Shown: one piece after another, positions 1 through 11,706 of the stretch
Layout of the letters: the number at the start of each line of letters is the position of its first letter
Position numbering within the stretch: position 1 is the first letter of the stretch
Assembly (NCBI GenBank): GCA_965240325.2
Contig: OZ251225.1
Span: 248,001-312,000 of the forward strand
DNA: 64,000 nucleotides
Direction of reading: 5' to 3'
Source: Rebecca billardiae RCC1528
Lineage: Eukaryota > Protista > Haptophyta
Position numbers and translations under genes: made by a program
Notes under the pieces: generated by a model
What the model saw: only the letters and a program-made list of their open reading frames with translations
What the model was told of the DNA's origin: nothing
Databases searched by the model: none

Positions 1-1643
1 TGCGCCCCGCCCGCGGATGACGCGCCGCGCTTGGCCGCCGCCCGCGGTGCCGCGCCGTTGGGGAGCGAGGGGCCGTGCGGCGCGATGGGCGCAGCCGGCG
101 GCGGCGCGGCTGGCAGCGCGGCGCCGATGGCGCGCGCCGATGCGCGCGGGCTGCCGCCGCTCTCCGCCTCGCTCCCTCCGCCCGCCGGCGGCGGCGGCGG
201 CGGTGGCGGCGACGGCAGCGCAGCAGCGGCCGTCGGCGCCTCGGCTGCAGCCGCGGCCCTCGGCGGTGGCGGCGCGGGTGGCACGGCGGTGGTCGGCAGC
301 GGCTTGGGCGGCAGCGGCAGCGGCGCGGCGCGCGGCGGCGCCGCCCACGCCGCCTCGCCCGCCTGCGCCTCAAGCGGCGCCAGCCTCGGCGGCGGCGGCG
401 CCAGCTCCGTCTCCACCTGCAGCGCGCTCACAAGCTCCGCCTTCATCACCTTCACGCGCCGCAGCGAGCGGATGGCGCGTTGCTTGCCCACGATGTCGCC
501 CCGCGCCTTGTGCACGCCGACGCTCTTGAGCTCGGCGTTGATCGCGAGCTTGAGCTGCGCCACGTACGCGTCCACGTCGAGCGCGCCGCACGCCACCAGC
601 CCCTCGAGCGACCCCTTGCGCGCCTCGAGCGCGCGGCGGCGCGCGGCCGCCGCCTGTGTGCCGGCGTGCGCGTACACGCCTGCGCGCGCCTCGAGCTCGT
701 CGAGCTCCCAGCTCAGCACGTCGAACGAGGCGATGCGCGCCGCGTACTCCTCGTCGTCCTCCTCCTCGTCGTCCGCGCGCGCGACCTGCGGCGCGGCGAG
801 CGCCGGCGGCGGATCCTGCGGCTGCGCGGCCGGCGGCGGCGGCGGCGGCGCACGCGGGTGCGCGCGCGCGGACGGGTGCGACGGGTGCGCGCGCGGCGGC
901 AGCGGCTCGGCAGCCGCGTCGGGCGGCGGCGGCGGCGGCGGCGGCGAGGGCTGCCCGCCTGCGCCCGGCCCCGACGCCTCCGCCGACCCCGGCTGCGCAT
1001 CGCGATGTCTGTCGGCAGCGGCCGCGCCGTGCGCGCCTTCACGCCTGCGCGCGCCAGGCGCAGAGCGCTCGCGCGTTTGCGCGTGCTCGGCGGCGTGCTC
1101 GCTCGGCTGATCCCATGGCTCGGCGGCCACGGCGTGCACTGCGCCGCGAGCGTCCATGTCGGCGTCGAGCTCTGCAGCCGTCGCCCCCGCCGCCTCCGCC
1201 GCCTCCGCCACCGCCCACGCGGCGGCCGTGCCACCGGCGTGCGAGCCGTCGCGCAGCCCGTCAGCGCGGCCGTCCGCCTCCTCGTCGCCCTCGCCGAGCG
1301 GCAGCGCCAGGATGGCGTCCGAGCGGTGGTCGAGCCGCGCGCGCGGCTCGCCGCCGCCCGCCGCGCCCACCGCCGGCTCGAGCGGCGGCAGCGGCGGCAC
1401 CGCCGAGCCGCCGCCCGCGGCCGGGCGCGCGCCGGGCGAGCACGGGCCAGAGCCCCCAGAGTCCCGCCGCGCGAACACGCGCAGTGCTGCCTGGATGGCG
1501 TCGAGGGTGGGCGGCGGCTCGGGCTCCGGCTCGGCAGGCGGCGGGCTGGGCACGCGCGCGGGCGCGGCGGGCGGCGGTGCGCGCGACGGCGGTGGCGGCG
1601 GCGGCGGTGGGTGCGCCGCCACGCCAGCATCGCCCCAGCTCCC

Positions 1644-1679
<36 letters not shown>

Positions 1680-2555
1680 GTGCGGTGTCGAGTGCGCGGG
1701 CAGCAGGTCTCCCAGCAGCTCGATCGGCGGCAGCGCGTGCGGCGGCGGTGGGTGGGCGGCCGGAGGGGGCGGCCCCGCGGGCGGCAGCAGGTCGGCGGAG
1801 GACGAGGCGCTCAGGCTGCCGTGTGCGCCGCTGAACGGCTCGGCGTGCGCGCGGCCGCAGCCCCCAGGAGGCAGCGGCGGCGGCGGCGCGTGGTGTGGCG
1901 GCGGGTAGCGCGCAGGGGTGGGCTGGGGCGGGTTCGGCGGCATGCCGTGCCGAGGGAGCAGCTCGGCAGGTGGCGAGGCGCGCGCCGCCAGCCCAGCCAG
2001 CGAGACCGTCGGCACGGCGAAGGAGGTCGCCGTCGAGCCGCCGCCGCCACCGGCCGCGGCAGAGCTCGATCGATCGCCCGGCCCCGCAGGCACAGCCGTG
2101 GGCGCGGATGGCGAGTGCTCGTGGGGCACCGCCGGCTGCGGCGCGTGGGGAGAGGCGGCAAATCCCACGGGCGCGCGCGACGAAGGCGTCGGGGGCCCGG
2201 TCAAGACAGCTGGCGGCGGCGGGACGGGCGGCGAGTGCGCGTGTGCAGCCGGCGGCGGCATCGGTGGCGGAGGCGCGCTTGCGAAGGGCGGCGCGGCCTG
2301 AGGCGGCGGCCCTGGTGGTGGCAGCGGCGGCGGCGGTAGAAAGCCACGGTCCGTGCCCGGCTGCGGCGGCGGCGGCCGCGGAGGCGGCGGCGGCGGCGGC
2401 CCAGTCGCCGCGCCGGCCGCGTGCGCGGCGCGCGGAGTGTCGCACACCGTGCAGCGCGAGGCCGAGGGCGGGTTGATGAGCGTACATGCCTCGCAGCTCC
2501 ACTCGGCGTCGAGTGCCGCCCCCGGTCCGAACGGAGGCGGCGGCAGCGCGTACAT
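1..2555 (-). CDS. Pro-rich protein with N-terminal RanBP2-type zinc finger and a CC2D1A/B (Lgd) C-terminal-like helical domain; 3' end runs off the window
   Basis: Absent from the ORF track, apparently because no stop lies in the window. Manual translation from the ATG at 2555 gives MYALPPPPFGPGAALDAEWSCEACTLINPPSASRCTVCDTPR, which fits W-x-C-x2-C-x3-N-x6-C-x2-C. The same frame at ~420-760 reads IASFDVLSWELDELEAR...AYVAQLKLAINAELKSVGVHKARGD...AIRSLRRVKVMKAEL, resembling the CC2D1 C-terminus. Confidence 0.7.
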
Positions 2556-2778
2556 GTCAACACGCTGACGTCCGCCGGGCGTGGGAAGGACCACTTCGCG
2601 TGTGCCTGGCCTGCTTGCTGACCAAGGTGATGTGCTTGGCCTCCTTGTGCAGTCTATGCCGGCACGGCAGCCATGGCTGCCCCGGCCGGCGCGGGCAAAG
2701 TCCGGGCGCACTCGCGCAGCAGGCGCCTCACGCAGCAGCGCGCCCGCCGCTGCACGGCGGCATTCACGCGCGCCGGGC

Positions 2779-4221
2779 ATGACGTTTGAGAAGGAGATCG
2801 AGGCGAACCGCGACCTGGCGCTGCGCGCCGGGCAGGTGCAGGACGCGGTGGATGCGCTCCTCGCCCTCGAGCGCACAGCACGCCTGGCCGGCGACATCCC
2901 CGGCACGACCGAGGTGGTCGTTGCGATCGTGAAGATTGTGCACGACGCCAACAACTGGACGATGCTCAACGAGACCATCCAGCTGCTGGCGAAGCGGCGA
3001 GCGCAGCTGAAGCAGGTGCGCGCCGCGTGCGCCGGCCGAACGAACCCGACCCCGCCCGCGAGGCTCACGAGCCCCATCGGCGCATCCGCCGCCGCCGCGC
3101 CGCCCGCGCCGCGCGTGCGTGCCGGCCGCCGCTCCGCCGCTGGAACCGCGCAGGCGATCCAGGCGATGGTGCAGGAGGCCACCAAGTGGGTGGACGAGCA
3201 GAAGGACGCGGCGCTCAAGCTCGAGCTCATCTCCACGCTGCGCGCGGTGACGGAGGGCAAAATCTACGTCGAGGTCGAGCGCGCACGGCTGTCGCTCACG
3301 CTCGCGCAGATGCACGAGGCCGAGGGCAAGCTGGAGGAGGCGCGCTCGGTGCTGCAGGACACGCAGGTGGAGACGCTCGGCGGGATGGACAAGCGCGAGA
3401 AGACCGAGTTCATCCTGCAGCAGGTGCGCCTCTGCCTCGAGACCGGCGACTTTGTGCGCGCGTGGATCATGGCGAAGAAGATCAACCTCAAGTTCTTTGA
3501 CGACGGCTCGCTCGACGACCTCAAGGTGCGCTACTTCCACCTCGTCACGAGGTACCACATGTTCAACAAGGACACGCTCGAGCTGTTCCGCGCGTTCCAG
3601 TCGCTCTTCGACACGAAGACCATCCGCGACGACCCCGCGCTGCGCGACGAGGCGCTCAAGCTCGCGGTGGTGTACCTGCTGCTCTCGCCCTTCTCCAACG
3701 AGCAGCACGACCAGATGCACCGGCTCAAGCCGACCAAGGAGCTGAGCGGGCTGCCGCTGTACGCGCGGCTGCTCGAGCTGTTCACCACGCACGAGATCTT
3801 CGTGTACGCGGACGTGCAGGCCGAGCTCGAGGCGGAGATCGCGCCCGGCGGCCCGCTCGGCCGCGCGCTCTCGCAGTTTGGCGGCACGCAGGCGCACATC
3901 TGCGAGGCGATGCACCTGCGGGTCGTGCAGCACAACGTGCGCGTGCTCGAGAAGTTCTACAAGCGCATATCGGTGGCGCGCGCCGCGGCGCTGCTCAAGG
4001 TGAGCGAGGCGGACACCGAGCGGGAGCTCTCCGAGATGGTGACGAGCGGCTCGGTGTACGCGCGCATCGACCGCCCCGCCGGCGTCGTCACGTTCAAACG
4101 GCCGCAGCAGCCGAACGAGCTGCTCAACGATTGGTCGGGGAACATCTCGCAGCTGCTCAACCTCGTCGAGTCGACGTGCCACCAGATCCACAAGGAGACG
4201 ATGGTGCACAACGTGGCCTGA
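2779..4221 (+). CDS. RPN5: 26S proteasome regulatory subunit RPN5/PSMD12 (PCI domain); exons 2779-3015 and 3154-4221
   Basis: Motifs LLALERTARLAGD, LAKRRAQLKQA, VTEGKIYVEVERARL, QVETLGGMDKREK, RVVQHNVRV, ARIDRPAGVV and LNDWSGNISQLL...IHKETMVH. An in-frame 138-nt GT-AG intron (3016-3153, GTGCGC...CGCAG) accounts for the low-complexity insert in ORF 2581..4221. Confidence 0.96.
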   Translation: MTFEKEIEANRDLALRAGQVQDAVDALLALERTARLAGDIPGTTEVVVAIVKIVHDANNWTMLNETIQLLAKRRAQLKQVRAACAGRTNPTPPARLTSPIGASAAAAPPAPRVRAGRRSAAGTAQAIQAMVQEATKWVDEQKDAALKLELISTLRAVTEGKIYVEVERARLSLTLAQMHEAEGKLEEARSVLQDTQVETLGGMDKREKTEFILQQVRLCLETGDFVRAWIMAKKINLKFFDDGSLDDLKVRYFHLVTRYHMFNKDTLELFRAFQSLFDTKTIRDDPALRDEALKLAVVYLLLSPFSNEQHDQMHRLKPTKELSGLPLYARLLELFTTHEIFVYADVQAELEAEIAPGGPLGRALSQFGGTQAHICEAMHLRVVQHNVRVLEKFYKRISVARAAALLKVSEADTERELSEMVTSGSVYARIDRPAGVVTFKRPQQPNELLNDWSGNISQLLNLVESTCHQIHKETMVHNVA

Positions 4222-4910
4222 GCGGGGCACGCACGCGCCGCCGGGGTGGCTCGCGAGGGGCGCCGTGCGGCCGCACACGCGGCGCGAGGGGGCTGCGCAC
4301 GCCGGGCCGAGTGGCCCACCGCGGAGTGCTGCCGGCGCTCACCACTGCTAACGACGGCCAGGCTGCCGCGACTCCATCCGACTCGTGTCTCATCGCGCGG
4401 GAGGCCGACAGAGCTTGGGCCGGCAGCGTGCTATGTGACCGCGTCTGTCGGACGTCGCGGAGCACGCGCACTACGGGTTCAGCTGACGCCAGAAGGGCCG
4501 AACCCGCGAACCGGCACATTGATTGTACTGCGAGTGCCGCTGAGAAGCAGTAGTCTGTGTGAGTGTGACGCCGGCATGGCCCGCGGCACGACTGAGCATG
4601 CACCAAGTCTGCGGCCCAGGCCGGGGCAGCCGCGCACCGTACCCCGGTGCCCAATCCGCCCATGATATGTGGGGTTATTGGCACCCATCTCACACCGCGC
4701 GTCTGTCGGCGTCGAGCGGCCAGTCCTGCCGCGCGCTCGGCCCGAGCGCTGGCTGCCGCTCGCACGTTGTTTTCCGAGGACCAAAATCCCATATGAATTA
4801 TGATACAATGTATGAAGTCTGGTATCTCGCCGCGTGGCTCCGCCCTGCCCGCGGCGTGTGCCTCGCCTCCTCGCTGCATCTGGATGGCGCAGGCGCTTCG
4901 AGGACGGCTA

Positions 4911-5110
4911 GACATATATATATATCTGCTGATATATCGTCGTCGACGATATATGTAATGTGATGACGATGACGACGACATATATCAGATGATGACTATA
5001 TATATATGACGACATCGGATTACAGATGATATATATATATTAAGTATATAATAATTATATATTCGCGACGTTGATATGTAATAACGCGATGATGATGATT
5101 GATGTGATGC
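4911..5110. repeat. AT-rich low-complexity island, (TA)n/(GAT)n
   Basis: Runs of tatatata and gatgatgat between two convergent genes in otherwise very GC-rich DNA. Confidence 0.7.
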
Positions 5111-5419
5111 GCTGATGCTACGACCGGTAAAAATCTTGCGGGCGGCGTCGGCAGCCTCTGCCTAGGCCCGCCCTAGGGTGTCCCATTCGAAATATTTGAC
5201 AGGCGTGGAAGCAGTCGCCTGCAGTAGTACGTCGCCATTCGCCAGTCGGGCGTGGACCGAGACGGTCTTGCCGAGCTAGCTCGCGCCAAAGTGCCAGCGC
5301 GGCATCATCATCTCAGGCATGAGCCAGCCGTCGCCACGCGGCACGCGCGCCCGTTTCCCAGGGTCAGAGGGTGGTCTCCGCCACCGTCGACCCGGGACCC
5401 CCGTCGGAGGTCCCGGCGC

Positions 5420-6679
5420 TTACTCGACATACAGCTTCATGCCCGCGGCGTTGAGTCGGTCGACGAGCACCTGGCCGAGCGCACTCGCGGGCGTGAGCAC
5501 GCCGCCCTTTGGGTCGCACTTCTCGCGCTGGAGCGCGAGGCAGAGCGCAGACTCGATCGACATGAGCGCGGTCGCCTTGTACCCGGGGTCGCCGGCGGTG
5601 CCGCTCTGCACGTGCGCCGTGACGACGTGCTTCGCGCCGCCGTCGGCGTGGGCGATGACGCGCGCGTTGAAGTAGCCCGCGTCCTGCGCCGCCTTGGACG
5701 GCCCCTCGCCCGGCCTGGGCAGCAGCCCCAGCTTGAAGAGCAGCCCGCGCACAGGCGGCACGGCGAGGCTGAGCACCGCCGTCGAGAGGCCAAACACCAT
5801 CAGCGCGGCGACGGGGAGGCTCGGGCACTCGGCGACCTCGGAGTACGCCATGCTCCGCCCGTACGTGTACGAGAGCAGCGCATTCGACTTGCGCACGACC
5901 GGCGCGTTCACCGGCGCCATCACAAAGGGCGCCGTCCACTTCTTGACCGCGTCGTTGTACCCGATCACGCGGGGCGCGCACGCGAGCGTGCCCGTGTCCG
6001 GGCCGCCGGTGGCACCGGCCGGGTCGAGGGCGTACGCGCCGCGCTCGGCGGCCGCAGACGCGCCCGGCAGGCTGTTCCCGCCCGCCATCAGCGCGAGCAC
6101 CGTCGCCAGCGTGCCGCCGGAGAAGCCGCCGCTCGCGCTGCCGTGCAGCATCGTCATCTTCGAGCAGCCGCAGCCGTGCCGGCTGCGCATCGCGCTCGCG
6201 GCCATGAACGCGCCGAGGTCCGAGGGCACCGAGTCAAAGCCGCAGCCGTGCAGCACGACCGCCTGCGACGCGACGCACGCCTCGTGGTGCTTGTCGTACG
6301 ACTCGCGGTGCAGCGGCACCTCGCCTGTGATGTCCACGTAGTGCGTGCCGTGCTTGGCGCACAGCTCGACGACGGGGAGCGCCTTGTCGATGAAGGGCGT
6401 GCCCGCGTAGTTGGCAACCACACGCGTGGACGAGATCACCCGCTCGAGCGCCTCGAGGTCCGTCACGTCACACACGAGCTTCTCGACCCCCTCGCGCGAC
6501 GCGAGCGATGCGAGCACGTTATCGAGCTTGCTCGCAGAGCGGCCGGCGATCGCCCAGCGCACGGTCGTGGAGGGGGAGGCGGCCGGGCTGTAGTGTCGTG
6601 AGAGGTACTGCGCCGCGAGCTTGCCAGTGAAGCCCGTGGCGCCGAGCACCACCACGTCGTACTTCGGGCTCGTCGGCAT
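5420..6679 (-). CDS. Saccharopine dehydrogenase-like oxidoreductase (SCCPDH / trans-acting enoyl reductase family)
   Basis: Start at MPTSPKYDVVVLGATGFTG (Rossmann motif). Family motifs WAIAGRS, GTHYVDITGE, CGFDSVPSDLG, SGGT, GEGPS, GDPGYKATA and GGVLTPASALG. Confidence 0.92.
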   Translation of the reverse strand: MPTSPKYDVVVLGATGFTGKLAAQYLSRHYSPAASPSTTVRWAIAGRSASKLDNVLASLASREGVEKLVCDVTDLEALERVISSTRVVANYAGTPFIDKALPVVELCAKHGTHYVDITGEVPLHRESYDKHHEACVASQAVVLHGCGFDSVPSDLGAFMAASAMRSRHGCGCSKMTMLHGSASGGFSGGTLATVLALMAGGNSLPGASAAAERGAYALDPAGATGGPDTGTLACAPRVIGYNDAVKKWTAPFVMAPVNAPVVRKSNALLSYTYGRSMAYSEVAECPSLPVAALMVFGLSTAVLSLAVPPVRGLLFKLGLLPRPGEGPSKAAQDAGYFNARVIAHADGGAKHVVTAHVQSGTAGDPGYKATALMSIESALCLALQREKCDPKGGVLTPASALGQVLVDRLNAAGMKLYVE

Positions 6680-7017
6680 GCTCGCACAGCTTGGCGGAGG
6701 CGGGCGTGAGTGCGCGCGCGGCGAGGCGGGCGACCGCGCCAGCCAAGTCGCACACTGCTGACCAGCAGTCTTGCGCACACGTGCGGAGCTGAGCGGAAGC
6801 CAATGCTCATGCGAGCGCCCGGGAACTTCAGCCGCCGGTTTGGCGCCCACGCGGCGGCGACGACGGGCGTAGACGGGGCCCGTGGCGGCGGCGCAGGCGC
6901 GGCCGAGAACGTCACGGCCGTGGTGGGCAAGGGCCGTGGTGCCAAGGGTTGACGAGTGACGGGGTTGCGACTCCCCCTGGGCTCCTCAGCAGTCAGCGCA
7001 CGCGCCGGCGCGCTTCC

Positions 7018-8853
7018 ATGCTCCCTCCTTGCTGTGGTGATGTGGCGCGTCGCCGACGCCATCTGCTGCTGGCGCTAGCGCTCACCCTCATCGAGGACTG
7101 TGGGGCCCTCGCACAGATGGCCTCGCCGACGGCACGCCTTCGGTACGACTGGAGGCCTCAAGCCATGTTTGGCGTCCCTGCGCTGGCAGGCGGCGAGGTG
7201 ACACCCAAGCTGGCCAGGCTCTGCGACGGTGCCTCGGGAAATGCGTCCGGTGGCCGCGGCAGTACCGGCTGCAACGCGCCACGCGTGATGCCGACACTAC
7301 GCGGTCCGCACTTGCCGCAGCCACCCGCTGGCTCGTCGCCAATGGTGCAGCAGAATGCACCGGTGGCCAGGCTCCGTCCGCGCGAGATTCGACACCTGGG
7401 CGTCCCTGACGCGCGCTACGTGATGCTCTTCTGCAGGAGGTACCACCAGTGTGCTGCCACCGCGATCAATCGCAGGGACACCCAGCAGTACGTCCGCGAG
7501 GGCGCGGACTACACGCCCGTCGACGGCACGAGCGAGGAGAGGACCGACGATTCGCTCGGGGTTGCGCTCCTGGACGGCGCATTCAACCAGGTTGCGCGCG
7601 GCGTGATGGTGCGGGTCACGTCCTGCCCCTCGTCTCTCTCGGACTGCCGCTTCCTCCGCGAGCCGTGCGAGGTGGGTGTGGGTACCTGTCTGGGCGGCAA
7701 GGGTGGCCTGTGGGCGTCCTGCCTCTGCCGTCCGATCGAGGCGGCCAACAAGTACGCAGTGGGGCCGCTGGTGCTCGAATGTGTGCGCGGAGCGCGTGGC
7801 ACAGGCGCATGTGCGCTGCGTGCGAAGCTGCTCGTTGAGACCCACGGCGGATACATCTTTGCAGCGAGGAACGCAGAAGGCCGTGCGCTTGGTGTGCGGC
7901 CAAAACGGCGGGACCGCAACCTGCTGCCCTTCTGGTACAAGGAGAGGCTGCATGTGCTGTGGAGCTTGGCCCCCTCGGGCTGGAGTCCTCTGCGACAGGG
8001 GCCTGCGCCGGCTGTTGTGATGGTGAACGCCAGCCTGGAGAGCGCCAGGCCCAACGAGTGCCCCCTCTGCTTCCGCAGGTTCAGCGCGGCCGACGTGCCG
8101 CCCAGCCGCGTCTTGCCGTTGGCCAGGCTGGAGATGGGCGCGCAGCCTGCGCAGACAGACGTGAAGGGTGGCTGGGCTGGTGGCAAGGCCAGCAGCAGCG
8201 CCACTGCTGCGGCCGCTCGCCCAAGCACTGGCACCGCCGTGCCCACCGCCTCCGAGGCCAAGGCGTGGGTATCGCTGATGCGGACGCATGCGGGCATGCG
8301 ATCGGTGGTCCCTCGAATACACCTCTCAGCTGGCCCCCTCTTCCTCACGCAGAGTCATGAGCTGCTGCTCGCGGTGCACGTGCACGTGGGCGAGAATGAG
8401 CCGGGGCTGACGCCGAGCTCATCAGTGGATCCTGCGGAACTGTCCCATGCGGCGCGCGCGCAGCTCGACGCAGACGACGCTCCGGTCTTCAGATACGGCC
8501 ACCACTACACCCAAATCATGCTCACCCTCGACGCGCACCCGCCCTTCGCCATCCGCCGGCTCGGCCCCGAGTGGTGCTTCCCTGCGCTGGGCTCAGCTGC
8601 GGGCTCTGCTGAGCGGCAAGACGACTGCGAGGGCATCCAATTCATCCTGGGCATGGAGCCGGTGCAGAGTGACGAGCAGCATCAGCACCGTCGTCATCAA
8701 AGCGGCGGAGGAGGGAATTCGTCATCCCGCCTGCTCTTATTCTCGTATGGCGTGAACGATTGCGCGGCTAGTGTGGCACAGGTGTTGCTCGACGACGTGC
8801 TCAGTGGGCTGCGCTCGGTGTGGCAATGGCTCGGAGCCCATCATCATATATGA
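7018..8853 (+). CDS. Secreted or type-II membrane protein with a probable glycoside hydrolase/mannosyltransferase-like beta-propeller C-terminus
   Basis: First ATG at 7018 is followed by a hydrophobic stretch (HLLLALALTLI). Motifs RNLLPF...LHVLWSLAP, HYTQIMLTLDAHPPFAIRRLGPEWCF, IQFILGM and LLFSYGVNDC resemble GH130/BMT-like five-bladed propeller proteins. The function is inferred. Confidence 0.55.
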   Translation: MLPPCCGDVARRRRHLLLALALTLIEDCGALAQMASPTARLRYDWRPQAMFGVPALAGGEVTPKLARLCDGASGNASGGRGSTGCNAPRVMPTLRGPHLPQPPAGSSPMVQQNAPVARLRPREIRHLGVPDARYVMLFCRRYHQCAATAINRRDTQQYVREGADYTPVDGTSEERTDDSLGVALLDGAFNQVARGVMVRVTSCPSSLSDCRFLREPCEVGVGTCLGGKGGLWASCLCRPIEAANKYAVGPLVLECVRGARGTGACALRAKLLVETHGGYIFAARNAEGRALGVRPKRRDRNLLPFWYKERLHVLWSLAPSGWSPLRQGPAPAVVMVNASLESARPNECPLCFRRFSAADVPPSRVLPLARLEMGAQPAQTDVKGGWAGGKASSSATAAAARPSTGTAVPTASEAKAWVSLMRTHAGMRSVVPRIHLSAGPLFLTQSHELLLAVHVHVGENEPGLTPSSSVDPAELSHAARAQLDADDAPVFRYGHHYTQIMLTLDAHPPFAIRRLGPEWCFPALGSAAGSAERQDDCEGIQFILGMEPVQSDEQHQHRRHQSGGGGNSSSRLLLFSYGVNDCAASVAQVLLDDVLSGLRSVWQWLGAHHHI

Positions 8854-9669
8854 CGATGCTGAGGCTCCGCGGCTTCGATCGTCCGCGTCGGTTGATCCGT
8901 TGACCCCCCCAGTCGTCCGGACGTCCGGTCACCAGGAGGGCGCGGCCGTTAGGGGGTCAACCGGAGCGCTGAAGCCGCCTGAGGAGATCGAGCACTGCGT
9001 GCGCTATTTAGTCGGATAGAATAACCTTGCTAGTCCTCAGCTGGCAAACTGCCGCGCGCGCGCGCGCGCGGGCGCACAAGTTCCCGCTCCCCCCACTGCG
9101 TCCTTGCTTTTATGTGCGGCCCCCGACCAGAACGAGTGAGGGGGCGGACGCCCGGGCCTTTCAGCCCGAGCGCCCTTGTTATTGTTAGTGGCTTTGCCTC
9201 CGCCATCTCCTTACGCGAGCAAGCAGAAAGCAGAGGCTCACCGCGAGACGAGGTTCATCGACGTTTGTACATTTGACCTCGGCTTCGCGGGAGTGGTCGA
9301 TTGGTGAGCCCAACGTTTGTTCAAGCAAGTTACAGTGTCTCTGAACTTGTGGGCGGTCTAGTCTCGATATTGATGTTGTTGCCGAACCAGCAATGTTCCA
9401 TCCGATGATTCGTCCGCTTTCTTTTTGGGGCAGAGCAGGACTCCATGGTCACCGCTGAAGTAAGCGATAGTATATGCTTTGTTCGTCATTGTCGTTTGCC
9501 AGGGACCCACTGACTGTGGATACCTTGGGCAACAGACAACGATTCCCCTTTCCTTTCCTACGATGAAATAAGGAAAAAGCGCATAAGGATGGTTGTTGAA
9601 GCCGTTTTCATTGGCTTCAACAGGCTCGGCTTGCTCGCCGGAAAAGAAGCACCGCTGCCCTGTTTATTC

Positions 9670-10131
9670 GGGGCGATGGCCGACGCGACGGGAGTGGTGG
9701 GTTTGGCAGTCCGCGGCGGTTATCGCGTTATGACTGCCGCGTTGCTGCTCCGCCGCCGCCCGTGCCCCTCCCCGCTAGGTGGGCGTATACCTGGCCGGAC
9801 GCGGGCTCGGCGCTCGCAGCGGCATCGCCGGAGTGACCGCACGGTGACGAGATGTGAGTCGGAAGCAGCTCGCCTTTGCGGCGCGGGTACCAAGCGGAAA
9901 GTGAGCGTACCTGCAGGCGGGCCGACCCTCGGCGTGACAGGCGCACCTTCGGGGCCGGTCAGGGCAGCCCACGTCGTGCAGCCGACCGCTTCCGCCGCGA
10001 CTGCCCCCCGGCGCACCCTGCCCCGGCCGACGCCTGAGCACAGCGGCCCCGCCCGGGCCCGGGGCCCCCAGGCGGCAGGCCGCGGCGGCGCCGGCACACT
10101 CACGGACAGCCAGCGGCGCTCCTCCGCCTCC
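9670..10131 (+). repeat. Split direct repeat A, copy 1 (462 bp)
   Basis: ggggcgatggccgacgcg...cctccgcctcc recurs at offset 4217. The ORF track shows identical peptides at 9728..9946 and 13945..14163. Confidence 0.95.
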
Positions 10132-10431
10132 TTCGCTCCCCGTTCCTCGTTGTCCCCCCCTGGCGTGGTGCGCGTGCATCACGCTCGAACTCTCACGATG
10201 CTGCTTCGGCGTCCTTCTGCGGCGGCATCCGACGGTCGTGCGCACTGCGAGGCGGAGCGCGAGGTGCTGGGCACTGCCGTCCGTCGTGCTCCCTCCTCCT
10301 CATGGCCCACTGCTTTACTCGAGGGGAACGCTCAGCGCCTTCTGCTTCTCTCATCCGCTCGTGCGCGACCACGCTTGTGCTGGGTGTCCTTCTGAGGCGT
10401 CCGGTGGCCGGGCGCACATCGGGGGCGCACA

Positions 10432-11245
10432 TCGGGGTGGTAAGTGAGGTGCCGGTGCGCTGCCGTCCGTCGTGCGCGCTCCTCGCTCATCTCCACCTGC
10501 TTCGCTCGAGCGTGGGCGCGCTCGGCGCTGTCTGCCTCGCTCGCGCGCGAGCGCATTTTGGCGCTGGACGAGACTCGTGCGCATCCATGCTGCTTCTGCG
10601 TCCATCGGCAGCGTCCGGCGGCTGGGCGCACGGCGGGGCGGCGCCAGCGGGCGTGTGTCGGGCACGCTCCACGCTCCTCACCAGCTGCTGCGCGCTCGCG
10701 GGGGCGCGCTCAACAACACGCTCCTCACCAGCTGCTGCGCGCTTGCGGGGGCGCGCTCAACAACACCTTCTGCCCTTCGTCCGAGCTGGAGCGCATGTCG
10801 GCGGCGCGGGCAGTGAGCGCACACATGCTGCTTCGGAACGTCGGGGTGGTAAGCGAGGTGCCGGTGCGCTGCCGTCCGTCGGGCGCGCTCCTCGCTCATC
10901 TCCACCTGCTTCGCTCGAGCGTGGGCGCGCTCGGCGCTGTCTACCTCGCTCGCGCGCGAGCGCATTTTGGCGCTGGACGAGACTCGTGCGCATCCATGCT
11001 GCTTCTGCGTCCATCGGCAGCGTCCGGCGGCTGGGCGCACGGCGGGGCGGCGCCAGCGGGCGTGTGTCGGGCACGCTCCACGCTCCTCACCAGCTGCTGC
11101 GCGCTCGAGGGGGTGCGCTCAACAACACGCTCCTCACCAGCTGCTGCGCGCTCGCGGGGGCGCGCTCAACAACACCTTCTGCCCTTCGTCCGAGCTGGAG
11201 CGCATGTCGGCGGCGCGGGCAGTGAGCGCACACATGCTACTTCGG
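10432..11245 (+). repeat. Tandem duplication, ~409-bp unit x2
   Basis: tcggggtggtaag(t/c)gaggtgccggtgcg begins at 10432 and 10841; the copies are near-identical through cacatgct(g/a)cttcgg. Confidence 0.92.
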
Positions 11246-11566
11246 CGTCCCGTTCTCGGCCATCTGTTGGGCGGCCGGCGGGGCGGCGCGTGAGGTGTCG
11301 TTGCGCTGTCGTCCGTCGGGCACACTCGTCGCTCATCACCTTCTACTTCGCTTGAGCGGAACCGCGCGCTTCATCACCTTCGATCTGCCCCCCGCTCGAG
11401 CGAGCGCGCTTCTTCGGCGCGGGCCCCTCGGGGCGCAACAGCGGAGCCGCGCGCGCTCCGCGTGTTCGCGCTCGCCGCACGCCGCTGCCGCGCTGCAAGC
11501 ACGCCGCCGCCACTCGCCGCCGCACGACTCACCCTTCTCTACAGCTCGCCGTCGCTCACTCGCGCG

Positions 11567-11652
11567 TCTATCTGTCTATCTATCTGTCTATCTATCTGTC
11601 TATCTGTCTATCTGTCTATCTGTCTATCTGTCTATCTGTCTATCTGTCTATC
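11567..11652 (+). repeat. (TCTATCTG)n/(TCTA)n microsatellite
   Basis: Directly visible tctatctgtctatc run. Confidence 0.95.
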
Positions 11653-11706
11653 CCTCGCGCGCGCGCCGATCATCATGCGCCGATCATCGTGTGCGCACCC
11701 TATCTT

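Noticed and set aside
17-2339. Plus-strand ORFs 17..529, 31..1110 and 75..2339
   Set aside because: Shadows of the minus-strand zinc-finger gene.
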